Below are positions 37,165 to 49,608 of a DNA stretch of 55,242 bases, one piece after another (within the stretch, counting starts at the first letter, position 1; each line of letters opens with the position of its first letter). The notes beneath the pieces were generated by a model. It made no database searches. It was not told the origin of the DNA and was given only the letters and a program-made list of their open reading frames with translations. The stretch is from assembly GCF_001194135.2 (NCBI RefSeq), contig NC_068991.1, positions 74,791,274 to 74,846,515 of the forward strand, read 5' to 3'. The position numbers were made by a program, and so were the translations under genes. This DNA comes from Octopus bimaculoides. Lineage: Eukaryota.

Positions 37165-37378
37165 GTTTGTATATGTTTGTGTGTCTGTGTTTGTCCCCCC
37201 AACATCGCTTGACAACCGATGCTGGTGTGTTTATGTTTCCCTAACCTAACGGTTCAGCAAAAGAGGCCGATAGAATAAGTACTAGGCTTTCAAAGAATAA
37301 GTCCTGGGGTCGATTTGCTTGACTAAAGGCGGTGCTCCAGCATAGCCACAGTCAAATGACTGAAACAAGTAAAAGAAA
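36950..37378 (+). mobile_element. SINE family A, full length and little diverged
   Basis: GGCGCAGGAGTGGCTGTGTGGTAAGTAGC...GACTGAAACAAGTAAAAGA. Confidence 0.92.
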
Positions 37379-38676
37379 GTCTCATCTGAGGATGTTAACC
37401 TTTTTGCCACTGACAGGCCTAGGATTACTGCTGGTGCTATGATACAGAGATATCAATCAAGATGTGTTTGTATCTTCCTTAATAATTTTGTGCAATTAAA
37501 ATCTTAATTAAAATCTTCCGTAATAAAATCAAATTAAAATCAAATTAAAATGTTTGCATGATAAATTTGTGTAAGAACCTTGTTCCACACACTGGATTCT
37601 CGTAATTTAAGAATTTGCTATTTCACTAATTCCTGCCAGGTTTTTGATTGTTATCGAAATCGATTGAAATATATAAACAATGGAGTTTATTACAAATGCA
37701 TTCACAAAAATGCTTTAAACATTTATTTATCTATTTAGCTTTTTTTTTTTTAGTAGAAGTTCTGCTCATGAATCTTTACAAAAGTATGTTAAACATTATT
37801 TATGTTTAGTCAGGAGAAAAGGGTCCGCTCAGTGCTTCCCTGACTGGTGGGAGGGAGAGATGAGGGGATCCTAAAACTGAAACTATGATTCGAATACCTT
37901 CAACAGAGTGGACTTCACTAAAGGCACCCAAGGTGTCACATGGATGGTAAATTAGCTGACAAATTAATTCTAGTTCCCATATGTAGGGCATGGCAGGATT
38001 TGAATCAGGCTAAACACTGTAAGGCATGTGACCTGATGTTCCTACAGATCTACCAATCCATCATCTTGGATTAATACATTTTGTTATTGATCCCAAAAGG
38101 ACGAAAGACGAAGTTGAACCCAACTGGATTTGAACTCAGTATACCAACTGTCAGAACAAATACCACAAGTCATATATCTAACACTTTACTGACTTTCCCG
38201 ATTTGCTTTAGAAATAAATTTCCATAGTGTTGAAGACGGATCTGTTGGATATGTGTTACCATCTGCTAAAGCATTTTATCAAACTTGTCATTCTGGTGCT
38301 CTTAAGGTTAATGTAGAATATATTCTTGGAATTTATGACTATCATTGCTTCTGCCACTGCTGCCCTCTGTTCTCTTTGCATAAAGATTTTGATCAGGTCA
38401 GTATGTTCATTTATTTCTTTGCCCTCATTTCAGTCTTGGTCCAGCCTTGTACCATTGTTATGATTCCAGTTACAGTTGATATACCTGTGAAATTACAGTA
38501 TATACTTGTGAAATTACAGTATATACTTGTGAAATAAGTCTTTGAATGTTCCATTCAGAGCAGGAATTGTCCATCATTTGAAGTTAGCAAGAAATCATAC
38601 AAAGTCTGAATGTGCACACTTTAAAGCTGCAGCTACATGAAAACAAAAAAAAAACAAACCATTTTGTCTGTCAATC

Positions 38677-38919
38677 TGTTGTGTCGACGGCCCCAAGCGA
38701 AGAAGTAGGCTTGACCAAGACATATAAATAGAGGTAGTCTGACCGTGGTAGCGGGTGGACTGATGGTAGACTGACTGTTGAGTAGCTGTTGAGTAGCAGT
38801 CGCGTAGAGATCATCCGAAGGTGCGAGATAGCAGTAGCGTTGAGACATAACAGTGGCGACGAGGATTCACAGCTCACACAACCACTGTTTAGTATTGCGA
38901 TACAACATTGGTGACGAGG
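38677..38919 (+). mobile_element. Short Gypsy-type LTR remnant with tRNA-Ser(GCU) primer-binding site(s)
   Basis: Starts TGTTGT, has TATAAATA at 38723-38730, ends ATAACA (38852), then TGGCGACGAGGAT. That 13-mer is complementary to the ATCCTCGTCGCCA 3' end of animal tRNA-Ser(GCU), recalled from memory. A second ACAACA end (38907) is followed by TTGGTGACGAGG. CpG-rich relative to flanks. Confidence 0.72.
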
Positions 38920-41900
38920 TTTCTAATAACACACCCCATGTGCATGATGAGACATAACACAATCTAAAAGACATTTCTTGGACTTTAACAGATCATCATA
39001 GTCTCTTAATTGTGCAAAAGCTTCCCAATAGAGAGTTTTTTTTTAGTATATATATTCTTCAAATAATGGCACTAATATTTGTTACAGTCTAGCTCCTCAT
39101 AATATCTGATTAAGCAAATTTATGATCAAGGATGTAACTATGCACATCCTCGTTTTTATCTTAGTGCTTTTATCAAATTTAAAGTGTCTAATGTGTGTTT
39201 CCTTTGCTGAGACATTAGAGAATATTTTGAAAGAAATTTCTACCTTGTTGAGTAATTGAATAGTGACTCCCTCTGTAGCTTGTTGCTTAAACTGCCATTA
39301 TAAGTGAGGTGGTGTGAATCTCTCGATGGTTACACAAGTAGATCAGCAGTACATGACAACTACAAACATTTTATTGAATATGAAATTGTTGAGAATTTTA
39401 TTTAATTTACGCTATAATGTTTTTGTAAACTCTTACTGTAAAAAATACACACATGCACCCCCACCAAAAAAAAAAAAAGAGCACATACTCAAGCTCACAC
39501 ACATACACACACACACGCAATGGGTTTCAAATGTCATTTAGATTTCTTTAGAAATAGGTTTATGTTCAATATAATTTACTTTCGAACATCTTAATGTTTT
39601 AAAGCTGTTTTCAAATTGTGATTTACTTACTTTCTATGAAATGATTAGAATTTTTTCTTTAAGAAAAATAGCAGGAAAATTTTTTGAAAAATAAAACACA
39701 CACACACTTCCTCCCTCCAAGTTCTTAGTTTGTTTTGAAGAAATCATTTTAATGTATGTATACGTAATTTTTACTCTAATAAAAAAAAAAACCAAAACCC
39801 CCAAAAAAACCAGCTAAACTCCCTCAACTCATCAACTGTTTGTTTTTTTATTGTGGAGTGTTTTGATTAATCATTTTTTTTTTATTCAATTTGAATAGAA
39901 ATTTTAAATTCCATTTCTATTACATTTCGTAGTTTATAGTTAGAGGTGGATATTTCAAAATGAATTTGTTTATCACTGATAAATTCTCTGGTCACTTTCT
40001 TAATTTATTTATTGAACTAATTAGTTTGCTGATTTGATGTAAATGAAAATATTGAAAGAACTCTGACTCAAATATCTTGAAGGTAAATGTTGTGGCAGCT
40101 TTTAATTGTTTTTTATTTTTTGTATTTTTTTTGTATATTTTTATGGTGTTGCTCATTTTTTAAAAATATATTTTTTTCTTATTAGTAGCTAATTTTATGC
40201 TATGTAATTAGAAAGTTGTTTTATTTTTTATCCTTCAAGGAATAACCATTTTAATTCTATGCAGCAGTAACAACACCCACACACACACACTCTCTCTCCC
40301 TCCTTCTCTCTCCCCCCTTCTCTCTCTCTTTTAATTACTCAGCGTACAACATACAACTCAACATGGCATAGACAAACAACATGTCTTGTGTCTTGTCTTC
40401 GTACACATACACAACTTTCCTTATGCACTTTCTGTGAATAAACAGAATGATACTTGGTTAGACAGTCCTACATATCTGGTGCCTTTTAAAAATTTCTTTT
40501 GATTCAGTTTCAAATCAAGATTCATTTTCTTGCTCCAGGTTATTTTTTCTCTCTTTTTTTTTTCTGATAGAAAAGATGGTAAAAAATAATTTTTTTTTTG
40601 GCGTATGTTTATTTGCATATATATAAAAGAAGCAAAAATCTTAATAACGATAGGTTTTCATGTTGATTAAAAGTGATTTATATATTTTTGTTTTGCATTT
40701 GAATATTCTTCAAATCTAAAATAGAAGCAGTAACAAACCACATATTGTAAACTTTAACTACATAAAAGACATATAAACACGTATCGCGCTACAAAGAGGT
40801 TTCATGTTTTTTTTTTAAAAAAACAAAAATGAATTGAAATGCAGATGAAGTTTACTTCATTTCAACAACTTCTTTCTTCATCTCAAGTGTATCATGAATG
40901 TTTTTTTTTCCCCCCTCTGTACATTATAATCTGCCTGTAATGTTCTCTGCAAAATTCTCTGGCACACATATGTAGGCATAATAAGCTTCCACGTGACAAA
41001 ACATCGTTAAATATAGGAGTAATTAGAATTTTGTTTCCATAACCGATAGATTTTTATGTCGATATATCAGTTGATTTTTTTCATAGTTTGATATATTGAA
41101 TCATATTTATAAAATACTCTTTGAAATAATATATATTTTGCATTATTGAATGCCACTCAGAATATTTATGAATATATATTAACCCCTGCAGTCTGGAAAC
41201 TTTAGTATTTGAAGCTAAAGGAAAAAAAAACAAACTTTTTGAAGTCTCCAAAAAAAAAAATCAAAGCAAAAAAAACTAGCTCTCAGCTTTGTTTCATATA
41301 TACTTTTAACTCATTTTTACCCTACATGTAGCATCTTTTTGATATAGCATATCTGCTGGTAAATTATCATTGTCATCATCATCATCATTGTCTTCATCTT
41401 TGCTGCCACCACTGCTTTTCCATGCTGGCAAGAAATGGACAGATCTTCACAAACTGAGCCTATTCTTATTTGAACTTACTGCCCTTCTAGAAAGGTTGAG
41501 GCCACACTTCACTTGCACATTCTGTTTTTTGTGTTCTATGGCTAGGTGCATTTTATAACGGCAACAACACTTTGCTTCCATTTGTTGTCTCTGCTCATTT
41601 GCCAGCCATTTTATTGAGCATACTGTATAATATTATTATGGTGCCAGCAACAGAGGTCACCTTGTTGCTGACAAAACTAAGGAATCCTGTTTTTTCCTAT
41701 GTTATCTCCGTTTGTTTGCTAATCACTCCACAGAGTGCACTAGATGCATTTTATTTAAACACCAGCTAAACTAAAGAGTTCTCTTTGTTCTGTGTTGTAT
41801 CTGTTCATTTTTTCACCAGCATCAAAAAATTATCTCATCCCCGGTGAGTGGGAAAAGAGAAAATAACGAAAGACGAACAAAGTGAGAAGATATTAGATAG

Positions 41901-42085
41901 GAAGGAAAGAACCAGAGTGCTAGGAGTGAAAATAGGATAAAGAGGAAGGCAAACTGAGAGAAAGAAGGAGAGAGAGAGAGATGGAGGGAAGGAAAGAGAG
42001 AGAGTAAAGCAGTGAGGATGATATACAGCTATATGACGATTGTTGGTAAGGAGATCCAATAGGAACAGCTTAAGTGGTATGATGG

Positions 42086-42116
<31 letters not shown>

Positions 42117-42511
42117 GAGAAAGAGAGAGAGAGAGAATGTTAGTAGAGAAATGTTGAAATAGATAAGAGAGAGAGAGAGAGAGCTGAAGAGCACTGAATG
42201 AATTATGGTTGTTTCTTTTGAGTTTATATTTTTCTATCTACTTTTTACAAGTTTATATCATGATTTGTGAACAACTGCCATTGGTTACAGGTTTCCAACA
42301 GTTCACAGCATTCATGATGGCAAAATTATGTGTGTGTATGTGTGTGTGTGTCCAACTTGATACAGAACAATTCTGAAGAGACTTTGTAAAGCACTCGTTT
42401 TCTGGGGGATTCTTTCAGCACTGTTTATCTCTGTCATGAATATCTATTACTAAAGGATATACATATGCATAATATATATTGGTAGCCTGTAATTCACAGA
42501 TAAAGAAATTA

Positions 42512-42626
42512 TTGGCTGTGTAGTAAGTAGCTTGCTTACCAACCACATGGTCTCAGGTTCAGCCCCACTGCGTGGCACCTTGGGCAAATGTCTTCTGCTA
42601 TAGCCTCAGGCCAACCAAAGCTCATC

Positions 42627-42668
<42 letters not shown>

Positions 42669-42792
42669 GCTTCATGCAGGCATAGTGTGGATTTAATCCT
42701 CGATCGCCAAATTTCACTTAACAGTTCAACAAATTTTTTAAAAGGCAGTGCTCCAGCATGGCCGCAGTCAAATCACTGAAACAAATAAAAGA

Positions 42793-42795
<3 letters not shown>
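42512..42795 (+). mobile_element. SINE family A with a rearranged middle; inverted family A fragment at about 42868-42990
   Basis: Head and tail match the family; the central part is replaced. Confidence 0.75.
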
Positions 42796-42863
<68 letters not shown>

Positions 42864-43016
42864 CATTATATATACAATGGGCTTCTTACAGTTTCCATCT
42901 CCCAGATTCACTCCCAAGGATTTGGGTAGCTCAGGAATACAGTAGAAGACCCCCTTCATAGGATACTGTTCAGTGAAACGGAACCTGAAATTACCCAGCC
43001 AGAAATCAAATCTCTT

Positions 43017-43146
<130 letters not shown>

Positions 43147-44024
43147 TCTACACACTTTTTCTCACCTGGATTCCAAAATGTCTGGGTATTTTAACCATAA
43201 CTAAAACTACCAGTAATACACTGTGGAAACAGTCTTTTGTACAGAGCTTTGCTAGGTTTACTGCAATTAGATTTTCTTTTACTAGTAGCTCACCAAAACT
43301 TTATAAATAAATAAATAAAAACATTTTTGTAACTTTTCTTTCATCTCCACACATCTTCTTAAAATATTCTTCATTTGGACTCTTTTGAGTTTGAATGGTG
43401 CTGTCTCTGTTTTGTTAGATTTGCAGGATTTAAGCTGCCATTAAGAATTTTCCTCAATCAGCACACAATCCACTAGGTTAAATTTTAACACTACTTCAAG
43501 GCAATAAAAGTTTCACCATGTTTGCATTTTTTTTAATTCTATTTATTTTGTTAAATTTTGTCGTTTTATTGTTACATTTGAAGACGCACTTGCTGTAGGC
43601 TCAAGCTGTGTAACACGTCTTTCTTCGTGTTACTTGGTTTCTGCCCATTAGCATTTGGTTCATTGATTTTTAACCATTTATCCATTGGGGACATAAAACA
43701 AGTGCACTTTATCGATTATAGAAAATTACATTTATCTTCACTATGCATGCGTTAGAAGAGTCACTAAATTATTTAACAAGTTTCACACCAACATTGTGCA
43801 CCATTTTTCAACAACTATTTCACATTTATCATTACTTAAATGGAAACTGATTAATAATTATTGAGTGATATTAGCTTGTGCTGAAAAATTCCACTGACCC
43901 ACTAGAATATATTTAGAATTAATATTTTTATGTAAAAAAAAATAATAATTAGTTTTTGTTTTTGGTTTGCAAGATTCTTGATCTGAAATCATGTGCTGTA
44001 CCTTGGGTGGGTCATTATGCCAAT

Positions 44025-44062
<38 letters not shown>

Positions 44063-44097
44063 GTTCTATTTCACTTCTTTTATTATTAATAATCAGT

Positions 44098-44290
44098 CGA
44101 AGGTGGTGAGCTGGCAGAAGCATTAGCACACCAGGCATTTCATCCATCTTCACATTCTGAGTTCAGATTCTGCCTTTCATCCTTTTGGTGTTGATGAAAT
44201 ATGTACTAGATGCACACTGGGGTTGAGGTCATTAACTAAACCCCTCCACATAAATTTCAGGCCTTGTGCCCATAACAGAAAGGATTATTA
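44098..44290 (+). mobile_element. SINE family B
   Basis: AAGGTGGTGAGCTGGCAGAA...CAGGCCTTGTGCC...GAAAGGATTATT. Confidence 0.8.
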
Positions 44291-45213
44291 TTATTAGTCA
44301 GTTGGTTAATCTGGTTAATCATTTAAACCTACCTGATTGATTGATTGACTGAATGATTAATCAAACAATAGCAAAGGTAGACAAAAGTAAGCACGGTTGA
44401 AAAGACAAGAGTAGGTGATGGGTGGCAACAGAGGTGGCCAAGAGGAGAGAGATTCCACCTCAAAAACCCTGCCTTTTACTTCATTCTTCTGCTCTTGCCA
44501 CCCACTCAGTGTAGCTTATCATGCACTTTCCTAATCCCCTCCTTGACCACCTCGGCAAATAGACTAACTTTAAGTTTGTGGGTCCTCTTTACATTTACAC
44601 TCTTGCTCCTCTCAACTCATTTCTGGCTGTGCTGTTGTCATCGCTTTCTCTAGTATTCTAACCCTCCTTGGCCCACAAGCCGTAGGTTATTGTGTACTCT
44701 TTACATTTCTTGCATTCAATTCTGCTCCCCCATCCGTGCTGGTGCCACAGTAGAAGGCCATCAAATTGTGCCACCTCTGAGGGAGTGGTAAGCACAACCC
44801 CCTCTCCCCTGTGTGCTAGTGCCACAAAAATTCACCCTGTACACATTGAAAAGTGGCTGACAGACAACAAGGGAAGGTGTAGAGTTGTGAGGTCCCTATA
44901 GTTCTGTCTTGCTGAGGACTTTTCAAGCTCTCTAGTGTTGGCACTTTGAGAAAATGTACCCAAAACACTCTGTAAAATGGTTTGTGATAAGAGGGGCATT
45001 CAGCCAAAGAAACTGATCCAAATGACATGTACAAACATCAGTCAGTGAGAGCATTAGCTTTTAATAACAGATGACTTGGACCATGACAACCCATCTGATC
45101 CATGTTCACATGAAATGTAGATATAAAATGGTGATGTAGATGTATATATATTGCACACACACGTGTGCGCGCATGCACACACACACACACACACACACAA
45201 ATATAAATATATA

Positions 45214-45890
45214 TGTATGGATGAGGTCAGCTGTGTGAAGAGGTGTCACTCCCTAACAGTTGAGGGAACTTGTGGAAGAAGTAGACCTAGGAAGACATGG
45301 GATTTGGTGGAGAAGCACTGCCTTCGAACGTTGGGCCCCATGGAGGCGATGATAAATGACCGAGACCTTTGAAGATATGCTGTGCTTGAGAAGACCCGGC
45401 AAGCCAAGTGAGGTCATAGCTGTGGCTGATGCCAGTGTCATATAACTGGCCCATTTAAGGGTACCCTTCAATCATTGGGCAATATGCTGTGCTTGAGAAG
45501 ACCTGTTGAGTCAAGTGAAATCGTTGTTATAGCTGATGCCAGTACTGTCTGACTGGCACCTGTGCCAGTGGCACATAGAAAACACCATACAAGTGTAGTC
45601 AATACCAGTGCCACCTGACTGGCTCCTGTGCCGGTGGCATGTAAAAAGCACCATTTGAGTGTGGTCGATGCCAGTGCCGTCCGACTGGCCCCAGGCCAGT
45701 GGCATGTAAAAATCACCCACTACACTCTCAGAGTGGTTGGCATTAGGAAGGGCATCCAGCTGTTGAAACCTTGCCAGATCAGATTGGAGCCTGGTGCAGC
45801 CTCCTGGCTTGCCAGTCCTCAGTCAAACCGTCCAACCCCATGCCAGCATGGAAAGTGGACGTTAAGCACTGATGATGACGACGATGATAT
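45214..45890 (+). mobile_element. 5'-truncated RTE LINE: ORF2 end plus long reiterated 3' UTR (longest family C copy)
   Basis: MDEVSCVKRCHSLTVEGTCGRSRPRKTWDLV...LGPMEAMINDRDL*RYAVLEKTRQAK*, with the RTE GRPRKTW and DRxxWR motifs, then three ~66-nt repeats and a (GAT)n tail. Confidence 0.9.
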
Positions 45891-46959
45891 ATACATTTAC
45901 ATATATATCTATAAATATATATATATAAACAAAATCAAATTGCCCTCAAAGTAGGATTGTTTAAGAAGTATCACTTTGTTGTCTGTTGATGCTGCTTAAA
46001 TAATAGATTTTAACTCTCTTCTAAATAGAATTAAAGACAAAGAAATGGTTGTTTGTAAATAGCCGGTTAGTTGAAGCTGAAGTGAGTCTCAGAATGATTT
46101 TTGATGGAAGTATTATTCAAAATGGCTTTTGCAAAGTGTAGATAAGAAAGTATAACAAAAAAACAGAAAAGGAGAGAACCCCCCTCCACTCCCCCACGAA
46201 TAAATGAACATAAATAATAGACAAATAAATAAACAAAAACTATACGATATAATTGAATTATGTTCGTAGAGCATACTGCAACTTTGTATTTTTTTTGTTG
46301 TTTTTTTTTTTTAAATTACAATTTTGGAATAAGAAGTAATCCTGTGTAGAAGGGAAATAAAATCAAAAGTCTGTTGGCGATACCTTCAACAACTCAATAA
46401 ATCCATAACATTTGTTGTATTTGGAGAATCCTCATTCTCTCATGGACATTAAAAATAGGAAACTATGTTCATGTTGAGATTAATCATTTTTATCACCAAA
46501 AATAATACGCTTTTATTTTATCTTATTTTATTATTTCATTTTCGATTATTTTACTTTCATTTTGATTATAGAACATGTCAACCACTGAGAAAGCAATTTC
46601 TTTTGTAATTATTAATAGAATTTTGTATTTATTTTAATATATATATATATATATATATGTTTATTCGTATTATTTTCTGTTGTTTTAGTATCAGCATGTT
46701 GAACTTTTGTTTTTTGTCGTGTTTTCTGTAATGTTATTTAATCTTAATAAAGTAGGGAGAGTATGATAAAAGATGACAGAGATATGTATCAATGGAAATA
46801 CATCTTTGTTTGTCTTTTTTTTAAATACAAATTTCAATTTATATGATTTTAGTTTCATACATTTTCCAGGCAGCCATGCTTCATGAAAAGAATTTAAGTC
46901 ATGAAGTTAGCTTATTATTAACACCACCACCACCTAATTTATTTATTTATTCATTATTA

Positions 46960-47266
46960 TTATTATTGAGTGAGAGAGCATTGCATGCCACCAAAGTGAC
47001 AATGGGGCACAGATATCTAAATCCCAGTGACTTCTTGTCTGATAAAAGTACTCCAGGCACATGCATCACATATGTATGCGACAGGGTGAACTCATATCAA
47101 TGCATGACCTTGCAGGTGGGGCACAGAATTTTCTTCGGGTTGAGTAGCCCATCTTGCTCAAAAGGTCTCTGAATAAGGGTTGTTTAAGGATGTTGAATGA
47201 AGAACCCATGTTTCCAGAGGTGAATAATTCGAACCCCAAAGCATTCCTCTCAACACATAGCAATCA

Positions 47267-47270
<4 letters not shown>
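46960..47270 (-). mobile_element. Interspersed repeat with (AAT)n tail, possibly a LINE 3' end
   Basis: Bounded by ATT/AAT tracts and higher in GC than flanks; family not securely identified. Confidence 0.35.
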
Positions 47271-47298
<28 letters not shown>

Positions 47299-47318
47299 GT
47301 AGTAGTAGTAGTAACATT

Positions 47319-47540
47319 AAGGCGGTGAGCTGGCAGAATCATTGGCATGCTGGACGAAAAGCTTAGCAGTATTTCGTCTACCGCTACATTCTAAGTTCAA
47401 ATTCTGCTGAGGTCGACTTTGCTTTTCATCCTTTCGGGGTCGATGAGGTAAGTACCAGTTGAGTACTGGGGTTGATGTAATCGACTTCCCCTTCCCACAA
47501 ATTTCAGGCCTTGTGCCTTTAGTAGAAAGGATTATTATTA

Positions 47541-47575
<35 letters not shown>

Positions 47576-47785
47576 GTTATTATTATTATTATTAAGGTGG
47601 CGAGCTGGCAGAATTGTTAGCACGCTGCACGAAATGCTTAGCGGTATTTCGCTCGTTGCCACGTTCTGAGTTCAAATTCATCCTTTTGAGGTCAATAAAT
47701 TAAATACCAGTGAAACACTGGGGTTAAAGTAACTGACTAGTTCCCTCCCCCAAAATATCAGGCCTTGTGCTTTAGTAGAAAGGAT
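47319..47785 (+). mobile_element. Two tandem SINE family B copies (47319-47535, 47594-47785) embedded in (ATT)n
   Basis: Both start AAGG(C/T)GG(T/C)GAGCTGGCAGAA and end GTAGAAAGGATTAT. Confidence 0.88.
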
Positions 47786-48983
47786 TATCATCATTATTAT
47801 TATCATTAGCATCTTTTTCCAATTCTGTTTCCATTTCTTGCTGAGTGTCTTCCTGACACCTAGGGTAGAGAGATGTACTGTATACATCGGCAGGCCATTA
47901 AAACAAACACACCAGATTGTTCATTTACAGAGTCATGTGATAGAGAAAAAGAGGAAGACAAAGAGAAAAGGGAAAAAAAAATCATCATCATCGTTATTAT
48001 TATTATTATTCATCTTGATACTGGCATCACCAGCAATGCTGAATGATATGAAGCCAAATTAACACTTTAGAATCAATAGTTTAGTTTATGGCTGTCCGTC
48101 ATTTTCTGTTGAAAAGTGCCATTCATAGAAAATAGGAATCATTAAACTCATTGTCTGTCTGTGCTCTTGTAAATCTTTAATTCATTCCCATATACGTACG
48201 ATATTTTCCCAAACTGACATGACGTTAATTCTTAGTTCAAAATAAAGTATTCAGTCATTACAATTATTATGAAGTTATCTGAAAAAAAAAAAAGAAATAT
48301 CTGAGGGTGATTCTTTTTTTTTTTTTTTGGCAAAAGATAAAAAAAGAGAGAAATATTTTTATGATAAATTAGTGTTTTTGAAAGAAATTTTTTGAAAATC
48401 TGTGAAAATCCTGCCCCTTCTACTTTACCGTCACCATTACCACATCCGTTGCCCTTCACCTCCACTAAACCTTTCCTCTATCCCCTACTCCTCTTCTCCT
48501 CCATCCCTTCCTCCTTCACTTCCTTTTCAACAGTTCTCCCTCTCTTCATCCCGACACTTCCCCTCTGGTTCTGCTCCACCCCTTTTTTACCCATNNNNNN
48601 NNNNNNNNNNNNNNNNNNNNNNNNNNNNNNNNNNNNNNNNNNNNNNNNNNNNNNNNNNNNNNNNNNNNNNNNNNNNNNNNNNNNNNNNNNNNNNNNNNNN
48701 NNNNNNNNNNNNNNNNNNNNNNNNNNNNNNNNNNNNNNNNNNNNNNNNNNNNNNNNNNNNNNNNNNNNNNNNNNNNNNNNNNNNNNNNNNNNNNNNNNNN
48801 NNNNNNNNNNNNNNNNNNNNNNNNNNNNNNNNNNNNNNNNNNNNNNNNNNNNNNNNNNNNNNNNNNNNNNNNNNNNNNGTCTCCCTCCTCTTCCATCCCA
48901 TCCTGCCACTCTTCCTCCTCTCCACCCTCTGTCCTTCCTCACAAACACCTCCGCTTTCCCCTCCTCCCTCTCATCACACACAG

Positions 48984-49014
<31 letters not shown>

Positions 49015-49180
49015 CCGCAGGCTTCTTTCAGTTTCCATCTACCAAAGCCACTCACAAGGGTTTGGCCAGCCCAAGGCTATAGTAGAAGACACTTGCCTAA
49101 GGTGGCATGCAGTGGGACTGAACCTGGATCCATGTGGTTGATAAGCAAGCTACTTACCACACAGCCACTCTTGCTCCTAA
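49015..49180 (-). mobile_element. SINE family A 5' half
   Basis: Reverse-complemented head and body. Confidence 0.85.
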
Positions 49181-49434
49181 AAGTTATCAATTTTCTATAA
49201 AAACTAGAGCCAGTACTGAAAGTTATGATGTATGGTATATGAATAAGTTTATGTATAAACAATGTGATCAAAGCTAGAAGAAATAGGTAATGGGTGTATA
49301 TTCCTATTTCTGGAATTCTTGACTCTTCTTCAGCACCACATCCAAACTATTAACCATCCATGAGTACATTACTTGAAAAGCTACTAAATTTAAGGGTATA
49401 AAACTGTTGGGTAGGCCAATTTTACATATTAAAC

Positions 49435-49608
49435 CAGGCGTCCCCAAACTTTTCAGACCATCGTCCTCATCATGGAATCTTTACCCCCCCCCCCTTAGGC
49501 TTGTACAAGAAAATAAATAAATAATAATAAGATGTGCATTTATTGACCCTTTGAATAGTCCCATCAGCCCCTAGGGGAGGTCTATATCAACCAGTTTGGA
49601 GACCCCTG
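49435..49608. mobile_element. hAT MITE, 174 bp
   Basis: TIRs CAGGCGTCCCCAAACT / AGTTTGGAGACCCCTG, with an exact 8-bp TSD TATTAAAC at 49427-49434 and 49609-49616. Confidence 0.9.

Noticed and set aside
38487-38535. Short local tandem duplications (21-bp unit here; 10-bp unit near 33850; 22-bp unit near 9400)
   Set aside because: Ordinary slippage products with 2-4 units; not CRISPR-like, since there are no unique spacers.
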